Counted from the stretch's first letter, positions 10,050 through 18,249 are shown. The stretch: 64,000 nt of DNA from Bacteriovoracaceae bacterium (GCA_048270185.1 JBLWTJ010000002.1:96001-160000); one strand, 5' to 3'. Numbers and translations: made by a program. Notes: generated from the letters alone by a model not told the origin.

Positions 10050-11210
10050 TTATATTACTTTTTTATCTCCTGTAAAAAAGTCTTTCTTTAATCCTTTTTT
10101 AATATACTCAAGTCGCTCAATTTTTTTATTCAACGTTGAAATCAAGGAGTCAATTTCTCTAATTACTTTTACAACTTCATCTTGTTGTTTCAGAGACGGT
10201 AAAGGTACGGGAATCTTTGAAAAGTCCGCATAATAAAGCCTTAACCTGTCATTGGTTAAACCGTAAGAATATTGATGAAACAATCTAATAAATTTCTCAG
10301 TTTGAAAGAGGTAATTATAAAACTGTGTATTTATATTTTTATTTTTTGGCTCCAGAACCACATATGCTGGACTTACTAGGAAATCTTGATTAGCAATGCC
10401 TTGAACGCCTTGCCACATTCTCATCATGTTATAAGCAATCCAACCTTTTTTAACCCATAGATGGTCTTCTGCTTTTAAGTTTGTCTCAACTTTTTTCTCT
10501 TCTTCACTACGAGGAACAATTCCACGTCCTTTAGTTACAGAAGCAAGAGGTATTCCATCAACTCCCTTGAGTTTGGAATCCTTAAATATATCTCCCATTT
10601 TAACAACATCAAATGTACTACTATCTTTTAATACTTTCCCCTCTTCCAAACATAATTGATAAAGGTCATTCATAACTCCTTTTTTAAGAGCCTGAGTTTT
10701 AATAATCCGTTTTTTGAATGCTTTTAATGTTGACTCTATAGAGTCTAAGATTTCCACAATTCTAGCTTGTTCTTTATTTGAAGGGATTGCAATTGGTATC
10801 TTTAAGATTTCTGGTTCAGAAATTTCTTTTTGGCCTGTTCCGCCAATTAAATTATCTACTTTTTTATAAAAACCATACCACTGAAATAACAACTCAATAA
10901 ACTTATCATTCTCATTTTCCTTGCACTTAAAACTAGATATTGCATTCGATGCAATTAAGCCATCTAAACTTTTTGGTACAATTCCAATCCCACCGTTATG
11001 GAAGTTTTGCCGACCGATTAAAATCTCACCTTCGTTTCTGATATAATACGGTCTCCCCCTCTCTGTAGGAACAGGTCTTTTACCTGAGTTTTTTATACCT
11101 TTACCGTGAAGCTGTACTGTTAAAGCATAATAATTTTGTGGAGATTCAACCTTTTCCTTTTTTACAATCTCTAGAACATCTCCAATTTTACACTTCCTCC
11201 AACTATTCAT
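10050..11210 (-). CDS. hsdS: Type I R-M specificity subunit S
   Basis: Two TRDs followed by IPIAIPS..EQ..IV and IPVPLPS...Q..VV conserved repeats. Confidence 0.92.
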   Translation of the reverse strand: MNSWRKCKIGDVLEIVKKEKVESPQNYYALTVQLHGKGIKNSGKRPVPTERGRPYYIRNEGEILIGRQNFHNGGIGIVPKSLDGLIASNAISSFKCKENENDKFIELLFQWYGFYKKVDNLIGGTGQKEISEPEILKIPIAIPSNKEQARIVEILDSIESTLKAFKKRIIKTQALKKGVMNDLYQLCLEEGKVLKDSSTFDVVKMGDIFKDSKLKGVDGIPLASVTKGRGIVPRSEEEKKVETNLKAEDHLWVKKGWIAYNMMRMWQGVQGIANQDFLVSPAYVVLEPKNKNINTQFYNYLFQTEKFIRLFHQYSYGLTNDRLRLYYADFSKIPVPLPSLKQQDEVVKVIREIDSLISTLNKKIERLEYIKKGLKKDFFTGDKKVI

Positions 11211-12906
11211 AGCCCAACTCTTTTAAAAAACTATTCAGTTTCTTTTCAGTTTGACCTAGTTGTTCATTAACTTGATTTAATGAAAAAGTGTAATTATCCC
11301 AGATATTTGACAATAAATTAAAGAGTGCGACTCTTTCGTCGCCAATTACTTTTTTCAAATCCGATTTAAGTTTAAAGACAGGCTGAAAGCGAATTGAATC
11401 GCCCTTTATTTCAAATACTGATTCAACATCTAATCCTTCCATCAACTCAATAAAATATTCATCTTCAAGTTCATATTTAGGAATGCCTCCCTTTAGAATA
11501 TGTTCGACATCATAATTCGTTAAAGGAGGTGCCGTATCTATATATCTTCTGATGTTTAAGTTGTAGTCATTTTCACCTAGTTCTTTATGTGAAACGACGA
11601 TAGAGAACCTATTTTCTTCAGTGTAGTTTGAGTAAGTTTCAACAATCTTATCAATGTCTGAAGACCTCAACCTTCTTTGGATTTTCCTATCCTCATAAAG
11701 CAACTCTGCATTTATAAACAACAATTTCTTTTTTCTATTCTCATCTCTTTTCTTTTTAAAAATTAACAGTGCTGTTGGAATCCCTGTTCCATAAAACAAT
11801 CCCTCAGGTAATCCAATAACAGCATCCAGAATATCCTCATTTTCAAATAAAGCTGTTCTTATTTTTCCTTCAGCATTTCCCCTAAACAAAATACCATGTG
11901 GAACGATAACTCCTAGCCTTCCATTTGAATTGAGGCTTTTTATCATATGCTGAACGAATGCAAAGTCTGCATAACTCTTGGGCGGACAACCAAATAAGTC
12001 TCTTCCGTAAGGGTCACCACCTTTCCATATCTCTTGTCCCCAGTTTTTTAATGAAAATGGAGGATTTGCTATAACAAAATCAAAAGTTTTAATTTTCTTT
12101 GATGCTTCATCATCAAATAAGAGAGGTTTTTTTAAAGTATCACCATGAACGACACGAGCATCATCAATATCATGAAGGAAAAGGTTCATCTGAGAAATTG
12201 CCCATGTATTTATGTTTTTCTCTTGCCCAAAAAGTCTTAACGACTTGGGATTTTTTTTATTTCTCTCCATATAATGAAAAGCCTCAAGTAACATACCTGC
12301 TGAACCACATGTAGGGTCATAAACACTTGCTCCTTCACTAGGCTTTAACAACTCTACGATTAACTGGACTACTTCTTTGGGAGTATAGAATTCACCACCT
12401 TTTGAACCTGCATCGTCTGCAAACTTTGCAATTAAGTATTCATATGCATTTCCAAGCATGTCCGATGGGACATTCTTTTTCATTAGAGAGTATTTATCAA
12501 AATGCTGGATAAGCAATTCTAATGTAGAATCAGGAAACCTTCTCTTATTATTAAAATCTACATCCTGGAATACTCCATTTAACCTCTTGTTAGAATCTTC
12601 AATTGCTCTAAATGAGGAATTTAATGCTTCTCCAATATTTGTTGTCTTCTTTTTTACATCAGACCAAAAACAACCTTCAGGGATATGAAAGCGGTGCTCT
12701 TCAGGGTCCTTAGCAAGTTCTTCGTCTTCAAACTCCTTCAACCTTTCTTCGTACTCCTCTACCCATACATCTGAAAGACGCTTATAAAATAGAAGTCCAA
12801 AAATATAATGTTTATAGTCGGCCGCATCGATGGCACCTCTTAAAATATCGGCTGCTCCCCAGAGATGCGACTCAAGTTCTTGTTGTGTCAGTTTCTTATT
12901 TTCCAT
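11203..12906 (-). CDS. hsdM: Type I R-M m6A methyltransferase subunit M
   Basis: LW.AAD.LRG, GEFYTP, YDPTCGSAGML, NPPF. Confidence 0.96.
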   Translation of the reverse strand: MENKKLTQQELESHLWGAADILRGAIDAADYKHYIFGLLFYKRLSDVWVEEYEERLKEFEDEELAKDPEEHRFHIPEGCFWSDVKKKTTNIGEALNSSFRAIEDSNKRLNGVFQDVDFNNKRRFPDSTLELLIQHFDKYSLMKKNVPSDMLGNAYEYLIAKFADDAGSKGGEFYTPKEVVQLIVELLKPSEGASVYDPTCGSAGMLLEAFHYMERNKKNPKSLRLFGQEKNINTWAISQMNLFLHDIDDARVVHGDTLKKPLLFDDEASKKIKTFDFVIANPPFSLKNWGQEIWKGGDPYGRDLFGCPPKSYADFAFVQHMIKSLNSNGRLGVIVPHGILFRGNAEGKIRTALFENEDILDAVIGLPEGLFYGTGIPTALLIFKKKRDENRKKKLLFINAELLYEDRKIQRRLRSSDIDKIVETYSNYTEENRFSIVVSHKELGENDYNLNIRRYIDTAPPLTNYDVEHILKGGIPKYELEDEYFIELMEGLDVESVFEIKGDSIRFQPVFKLKSDLKKVIGDERVALFNLLSNIWDNYTFSLNQVNEQLGQTEKKLNSFLKELGYE

Positions 12907-13314
12907 GTAAAAAATAGTATATTAAAGATAACGCTTTTTGAATTGAAACTTATCTCAATTTCAATGAGTTAAGTTCTCTTCATTTAAATTTTGTAGTTAG
13001 AATTTTTGAAGGAATGTTTTGTTGTTAATCAATACAGTTTTAAAAACTTGTTTTAACTTCAACTCATTAGTGTCCATTAAACCTCTCAACACCTTTCGGA
13101 CTGAATGTATGACTATCACTTCGTCTTGGAAGTTTTGTTTCTTAAAAGTGCTATTAAATTTGTAGTTTGTTTGGGCCTCAAACTACGGCCACCAACTACA
13201 AAGTGTTGCAACAGGGCTTATTTTAAGTGATTTCTACTGACATTGAGCTAGTTAGCAAAGCATCAAGTCGTTGAGATTACTGAAGCCAAAACTCAACAAT
13301 TTCAACGCCTTGCA

Positions 13315-13682
13315 TGGTGGAGGTGGTGGGAATCGAACCCACGTCCGAAATGATTTCTTGATAGCGGCCTACGTGCGTAGTCTTCGGTTATCGTCAGAAG
13401 ACAAGACTGTCCGTGATACGTGACCTCGGCGAACCCCGGTGAGTGATTAACGAGCAGGCCCGGCGGGCTCGAAACCTAGTTAGCCAGCAGATTCAACTGG
13501 GTCGCTACATTCTGTTTCTTGGCAGTAGCGCCTCACAAGACTAATCCTAATTAATTAGGCAGCCATTGGCATTGCATAATCGTCTGCAATTAACGGTGGA
13601 CTCCTTTTTACCAGGACCGTGGAGACCAACCTGGACACGCCCGGATACCTGTCTACCATCCCGTCGAAACCAGGGCACCCCC
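13315..13682 (-). ncRNA. ssrA: tmRNA; tag peptide (A)ADDYAMPMAA* encoded at 13587-13555
   Basis: 5' GGGGGUG...GGUUUCGAC and 3' GGUUCGAUUCCC-ACCACCUCCACCA; acceptor stem with G3-U wobble; internal tag ORF ending AA-stop; smpB present in window. Confidence 0.96.
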
Positions 13683-13726
13683 ATGAGATTTTGACACGGA
13701 TATTTGAACAAATATTCGTAAGCGGC

Positions 13727-13755
13727 AGTATAGCACAGCATTTCAAATGTGGAAA
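13727..13755 (-). promoter_or_regulatory. Probable sigma70 promoter of ssrA
   Basis: Minus strand TTTCCA-N17-TATACT with TG extension. Confidence 0.55.
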
Positions 13756-13787
13756 GAAATGGATTTTCGGTGATTTGATATAGTCTC

Positions 13788-13865
13788 AAAAAGAAGAACC
13801 CCGTAAAACGGGGTGCTTCTTTGGCAAGTCATAGAATTGTGATCTCGAAGGGCACAACCTATTTA
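13788..13865 (-). ncRNA. Candidate antitoxin sRNA 1 (ends approximate)
   Basis: Extended -10 TGGTAAAAT (13880-13872); terminator hairpin accccg-taaaa-cggggt with U-rich tail on the minus strand; complementary to peptide-1 mRNA at 13949-13966 and 14009-14025. Confidence 0.65.
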
Positions 13866-13939
13866 CAAAGAATTTTACCATACTTTGCCGATTTCCTCCA
13901 TTCTTCCTCAATGAGGAGGACTCTTTTTTGGAGATGTTC

Positions 13940-14014
13940 ATGGAAGGACTTTGGCAAGTCATAGAAATCATAGTGCTTATTATTCAGTTAATTCTGGTTC
14001 TAAGAAAGTTGTGA
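13940..14014 (+). CDS. 24-aa hydrophobic peptide MEGLWQVIEIIVLIIQLILVLRKL, candidate type I toxin 1
   Basis: GGAG SD 6 nt upstream, single TM-like helix with basic C-terminus, own terminator, paralogue 253 bp downstream. Confidence 0.75.
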   Translation: MEGLWQVIEIIVLIIQLILVLRKL

Positions 14015-14020
14015 TTTCGG

Positions 14021-14048
14021 AGGGCGTAGTGAAAGCTGCGCCCTTTTA
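14021..14048 (+). terminator. Intrinsic terminator of peptide 1
   Basis: agggcgtag-tgaaag-ctgcgccct hairpin followed by T run. Confidence 0.75.
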
Positions 14049-14049
14049 T

Positions 14050-14120
14050 AAACAACAAAACCCCGTAAGAACGGGGTTAAGTTTTTGGTTACTACTAGAA
14101 ATCCTCGGAGGGCACTAGAT
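14050..14120 (-). ncRNA. Candidate antitoxin sRNA 2 (ends approximate)
   Basis: Extended -10 TGCTATAAT (14135-14127); terminator aaccccgt-aaga-acggggtt plus U-rich tail; complementary to peptide-2 mRNA at 14204-14222 and 14269-14278. Confidence 0.65.
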
Positions 14121-14192
14121 TAATCAATTATAGCATAATTCTAACCATAGCTCCACTTTCTCCGCCCAATGAAGGGAGTCTAGGAGAAAGTC

Positions 14193-14267
14193 ATGGATGA
14201 CTATTGGTTACTACTAGAAATCATGACCTATGTAGTTCAAATTATTTTGATCTTACGGAAGTTGTGA
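14193..14267 (+). CDS. 24-aa hydrophobic peptide MDDYWLLLEIMTYVVQIILILRKL, candidate type I toxin 2
   Basis: AGGAG SD; same length and W..EI..Q..L.LRKL pattern as peptide 1; own terminator. Confidence 0.75.
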   Translation: MDDYWLLLEIMTYVVQIILILRKL

Positions 14268-14273
14268 TTTCGG

Positions 14274-14302
14274 GGGGCGCAGTGAAAGCTGCGCCCCTTT
14301 TT
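14274..14302 (+). terminator. Intrinsic terminator of peptide 2
   Basis: ggggcgcag-tgaaag-ctgcgcccc followed by ttttt. Confidence 0.75.
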
Positions 14303-14304
14303 CC

Positions 14305-14787
14305 CTACTCCCCACTCCTAGCACGAGCAATATCGTAGAATCCCTCATAGATCAGGTAAATAGGAATCATAACGATCAGCTGAACGGCCACGACTTTCAC
14401 CAAGAATAAAGCCGAGTAAACACTACTTGGAAAGAAGTACAAGAGCGTTGCGATTTGAAAGGTTCCAGCCCCAAAGACGCTGGCATTCTTAAAAGATCGA
14501 GAAATGAAGTCATAAGGAGAACGGATATCTTTAAGCGTAATCTTTGCTTTCATATCCTCACCCTTTGCAAGCTTTTTAAAATTTGCAAATCCTCCTAGGA
14601 TTGCAACGAGGAGGAAGTGCGCCAGAGTTAGCCCTATAATAACTGATAAAATCACAAGATAGAGGTCAAGTGAGCTCTCAATACTTGAGCCTCTTCTCTC
14701 ATAACCACAAACTCCTCCAAGCACAAGACCTGAAAGGTAGATCATCACAATTGAATAATTTAATTTAAACTTACTCATCACTATCAT
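14305..14787 (-). CDS. Hypothetical 4-TM membrane protein
   Basis: ORF with four hydrophobic segments; operonic with two upstream genes. Confidence 0.6.
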   Translation of the reverse strand: MIVMSKFKLNYSIVMIYLSGLVLGGVCGYERRGSSIESSLDLYLVILSVIIGLTLAHFLLVAILGGFANFKKLAKGEDMKAKITLKDIRSPYDFISRSFKNASVFGAGTFQIATLLYFFPSSVYSALFLVKVVAVQLIVMIPIYLIYEGFYDIARARSGE

Positions 14788-15184
14788 TCTCTGTCTTATT
14801 TAAAAACTTATAGACCGCCTCAATAACAATCATAAAAACTGAACAATAGAAAATCGTATACAAGAGAGTCGAACCGATTGCATGATAATAAGATCTCCCC
14901 TCAGTTAGATAATTATACATGCAAAGCATAATTATCGTTGCGGCTCCAAAACCATGAGCAAGATAACCATAAGCTTCACCACTTCTGCTTTTTTGACAGT
15001 CTTGATAAAAGCAATAAAGAGCATAAAGTCCTAGTCCAGTAACCATGGCATAGGCAAAGCCAGTACTTAGAATTACGATAAGATCATTATTGTTAATACC
15101 GTATGTTTCGGCGACTCCAAGTCCAAATGCAGATAATAAGCATAGGCTTATAAGACTTTTAATTTTTCTATCGAGTAACATCAT
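14771..15184 (-). CDS. Hypothetical 4-TM membrane protein
   Basis: Four hydrophobic segments; AGGAG SD overlaps the stop of the upstream gene. Confidence 0.6.
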   Translation of the reverse strand: MMLLDRKIKSLISLCLLSAFGLGVAETYGINNNDLIVILSTGFAYAMVTGLGLYALYCFYQDCQKSRSGEAYGYLAHGFGAATIIMLCMYNYLTEGRSYYHAIGSTLLYTIFYCSVFMIVIEAVYKFLNKTENDSDE

Positions 15185-15189
15185 TTCTC

Positions 15190-16542
15190 CTACATTCCAA
15201 ACTGCGGTCTACCGTAGTTAATCTGTAATTCTTTAAGATTTATATTTAGATCTCTATTTAAGTTTACATTATCATCGATAACATCAATATCATTTTTTAC
15301 TCTGCCTAAAAGATCGATCATTCTACCATCCGAACAGTCCTTCTTCCCCTTGCACTCACCCTCATCTTCAGGTTTCTTTGGGTTTGTAGGTTTATCGTCA
15401 CCTTTCGGGGTATCGTCGCCTTTCGGCGTATCATCACCTTTTGGCGTATCGTCGCCCTTCGGCGTATCGTCACCTTTTGGTTGATCTCCGCCACCAGTTC
15501 TTGGATTATCTACTTTAGGAGTATCTGGCTTTTCTGGTTTATCTTCAGGAATATCTGGAGCACCACCTGTTCTCGGATTATCAACCTTAGGTGTATCAGA
15601 TTTAGGCTTGTCTTGTTTTTGATTCTTTCCTTTATAATATTCTTTAAGTTCTGAATTACAGTTCATCATGCATACGCCACCGGCAATTAGAGCTGCTCCT
15701 ACGCCAACATATGGACCTAGCTTACTTCCAGCTAGCCCGCCCATAAGCGTCGTTATTCCACAATTAACTAAACAAGTTTTAACATCTCCACTGCTCGTCG
15801 AGCTAGTTGAGTACAAAAGACTATTCTTATCCCTCTCAAGTTTATTACCTAAAAGAGGACTAATCATTTCATCACCATCATTAAAGCTTGGATCACCACC
15901 CATTCTTGGACCAAGGCCAAAGTCTTGCTTACCTCTTGATGGCATTTGATCGCCACCTAAGTCTCCACCAAATTGACCATCTTCATGGCCCATTCTCGGT
16001 CCACCAAAGTCAGGTTTATTTGAGCGAGAAAGAGGTGGATCAAAAGAAGGTCTTGAAGGATCAACAGTGCGGTCGATTTCGATGCCGAAAGTTTTTTCAA
16101 CTTCATCACCAATTGCAGGGTTTAGTTTATTGATGATACTTGCAACTTGAGAAACCTTATCCATCTTTCCCATCGATGCGAACATATCCATCGTCACAAC
16201 AGATGGAAAAAGAAGACCGTCGTGAAGTCCCTTACTTTTGATATTATCTTTTATCCCTTTCATCATCATAAGCTTATCAACCATTCCAAGAGAACCATCG
16301 ACATCTGAAATTTGAACTAAGCGACTGACAAGTCGATCAAGAGTTGCACTTGGAAATTTTTTAGAAAGCTCATTAGTAAAGTCGACTTCAGCCTTTAAAA
16401 ATATTTTAAAGTTTTGTGCTCTCTCTTTAAGACACTCAACATCTCCAGCACAAGCATCTAGAGATTGTGCCACTACATTAAAAGACGATAGCAAGACGAT
16501 CATCATAAGCATTGAAAATTTGTGTAAGTAAATCACTCTCAT
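15190..16542 (-). CDS. Secreted protein with Cys-bracketed Gly-rich hydrophobic segment and Pro/Asp repeats
   Basis: Signal peptide; CLVNC...GGLAG...GAALIAGGVCMMNC; DTPKVDNPRTGG x2; PKGDD(T/K) x5. Confidence 0.7.
   Translation of the reverse strand: MRVIYLHKFSMLMMIVLLSSFNVVAQSLDACAGDVECLKERAQNFKIFLKAEVDFTNELSKKFPSATLDRLVSRLVQISDVDGSLGMVDKLMMMKGIKDNIKSKGLHDGLLFPSVVTMDMFASMGKMDKVSQVASIINKLNPAIGDEVEKTFGIEIDRTVDPSRPSFDPPLSRSNKPDFGGPRMGHEDGQFGGDLGGDQMPSRGKQDFGLGPRMGGDPSFNDGDEMISPLLGNKLERDKNSLLYSTSSTSSGDVKTCLVNCGITTLMGGLAGSKLGPYVGVGAALIAGGVCMMNCNSELKEYYKGKNQKQDKPKSDTPKVDNPRTGGAPDIPEDKPEKPDTPKVDNPRTGGGDQPKGDDTPKGDDTPKGDDTPKGDDTPKGDDKPTNPKKPEDEGECKGKKDCSDGRMIDLLGRVKNDIDVIDDNVNLNRDLNINLKELQINYGRPQFGM
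15391..15480 (-). repeat. 5 x 18-bp coding tandem repeat (PKGDDT)
   Basis: Units such as gtatcgtcgcctttcggc repeated with synonymous variation. Confidence 0.9.
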
Positions 16543-16763
16543 TCTTTCTCCTAATTTGTATTTCGCAAATATATATATTCAATCTTGTTGCCAATAACAT
16601 GGAGGTATAAACAACTGAAATCACGAATATTTACAAAGACACCTGGTCTATATCAGACTACTTAGTCCAGATAAGACTTAAACTAGAACGAAAGTAGCAG
16701 GTCCTGCCTACACAAGCTAAGTACTTTCAAAATGAAATGGAGATTTTCAATATTAGAATATTT

Positions 16764-17363
16764 TTAAGATAACGCTTTAAGCATTTCCGCAAGCCCGCGA
16801 GCTTGTTCACCCTCACTCACCTTCTCAAACTCAGGCAGGTGAATGAAGCCGGCCTTAGCGCGCATCTTCTTCTCATCAATAATGTGGCGGATGCCGTAGA
16901 AGATGTGATTGCACACATAGCGGCCACAATCTCTTGAGATGGCAACAGGAATCTGCGCTGCTAACAGGGCGTCTTCCATCTCCTTAATTGGCAGAGTCGA
17001 CGCAAGAGTAGCCGCCCCCTCTGCAAAGATCTTCTCACCTTCGGGTTTATTTCCCTCATTATCGGCAATGCGGGCCTCATCAAGATTATGAGCAAGGACT
17101 TCGAGATTGATCTCACTTGCCTTGGCATTGAGGCCAAAGCACAGAATATAATCGGGATTTAAAAGAAAGGCTTCCTTCTTTAAAATGGTCAGGGCCTTAC
17201 CAAAGACCACCGGAAGGATGAGTTTTGAGACCTCAATTTCTTCTATTTCATTTTTATAATTTTCAACGAGAATTTGGGAGGGGTTGGAATCCCCTCCATC
17301 GAATGGTTCAAAACCCGTTATGAGTATTTTTTTTGATCGATTAGCGCGATTAGTATGAAACAT
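16764..17363 (-). CDS. pcp: Pyroglutamyl-peptidase I
   Basis: ILITGFEPF.G...NPS, G.YVCN, GFIHLP. Confidence 0.92.
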   Translation of the reverse strand: MFHTNRANRSKKILITGFEPFDGGDSNPSQILVENYKNEIEEIEVSKLILPVVFGKALTILKKEAFLLNPDYILCFGLNAKASEINLEVLAHNLDEARIADNEGNKPEGEKIFAEGAATLASTLPIKEMEDALLAAQIPVAISRDCGRYVCNHIFYGIRHIIDEKKMRAKAGFIHLPEFEKVSEGEQARGLAEMLKALS

Positions 17364-18171
17364 ATTCTAACTTGAAACCAAAGGCCTTCTCATCAACGCT
17401 TACACGTGGATAAATTGTGCCAGCACTCTGGTTATATCTCGTCTCACATGATCCCTCAGTCACTTCATCCATTGTCAGGAAGTTTGTGCGAGTCACATAT
17501 CCAGTCTCAGTCGAGATGGCGATCTCAGCATCACCGTATGTGAAGCTAATTTCAGAGTCGTCGTAATTGATCTCTAATTCATTCTTTGTCTTATACTTCT
17601 TAGCAAGGACCTTAACATTCGTGTGGTAGTTCATATACTGATCCATCACGAAGAAATTATCCTTTGATAGAATCATCTTTCTAAAAGAATACTCATCACT
17701 TGAGTACTCACCGATACACTTATCTAGAGTATTAAATTCAAATTTTCCACCAAGACTCTTTAGGATTGTCTTGCCTTGTGCATTCTCAGTTGTCGTATGC
17801 CCAAGCCAAATTTGATGATTACAGCTTGAATTAACCTCAAGGCCATTCGTGTACTTTGTCACAACATCCCCTGGATGCTGCTCCTTAATCACGTCAGTAT
17901 TAAAGCGACAGTCATATTGTTTTGGGACGCCATAAGATTCGTAGCAATATTCCAGCTCGCTCTTATAGGCCTTTAAAGTATTGATTTTAGAGTTGATCAT
18001 TGCCTTAAACTCGTCGCGGTCAGACTTTGAAGTTGAGACAACAGTTGTTGTGGCCGCATTCATTAGATCCTGCTTATAGCTATCAGTGATCGTCTCGAGC
18101 ATGGCACACTCATTCATTTCAAAGGCAGAAGCCGTAAGGCATAGTAATGACGTAAAAATTATCTTTTTCAT
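17350..18171 (-). CDS. Secreted hypothetical protein, Cys-containing
   Basis: MKKIIFTSLLCLTASA signal peptide. Confidence 0.65.
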   Translation of the reverse strand: MKKIIFTSLLCLTASAFEMNECAMLETITDSYKQDLMNAATTTVVSTSKSDRDEFKAMINSKINTLKAYKSELEYCYESYGVPKQYDCRFNTDVIKEQHPGDVVTKYTNGLEVNSSCNHQIWLGHTTTENAQGKTILKSLGGKFEFNTLDKCIGEYSSDEYSFRKMILSKDNFFVMDQYMNYHTNVKVLAKKYKTKNELEINYDDSEISFTYGDAEIAISTETGYVTRTNFLTMDEVTEGSCETRYNQSAGTIYPRVSVDEKAFGFKLEYVSY

Positions 18172-18185
18172 GGTGTAATCATAGC

Positions 18186-18217
18186 AAAAAAAAGGCCCTC
18201 CGTGGACAAGGAGGGCC
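18186..18217 (-). terminator. Intrinsic terminator after the giant coiled-coil gene
   Basis: ggccctcc...ggagggcc with A8 on the plus strand. Confidence 0.8.
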
Positions 18218-18249
18218 TAATTTATATTTACTGTCTAAGTTTAGGACAA

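Larger units (their letters stand above)
3224..13329. mobile_element. tmRNA-integrated genomic (defence) island, no integrase gene inside
   Basis: Flanked by a 16-bp direct repeat of the ssrA 3' end; AT-rich; all cargo genes are defence-type. Confidence 0.75.

Noticed and set aside
13315..13350. tRNA-like T arm and CCA end
   Set aside because: It is the 3' tRNA-like domain of tmRNA, not a tRNA
13547..13971. Track ORFs 13547-13789, 13555-13746 and 13786-13971
   Set aside because: Overlap tmRNA or the sRNA module; only the tag portion is meaningful
13788..14302. CRISPR mini-array or riboswitch interpretation of the repeats
   Set aside because: No constant repeat with regular spacers, no cas genes and no known aptamer consensus; peptide/antisense layout explains the repeats better
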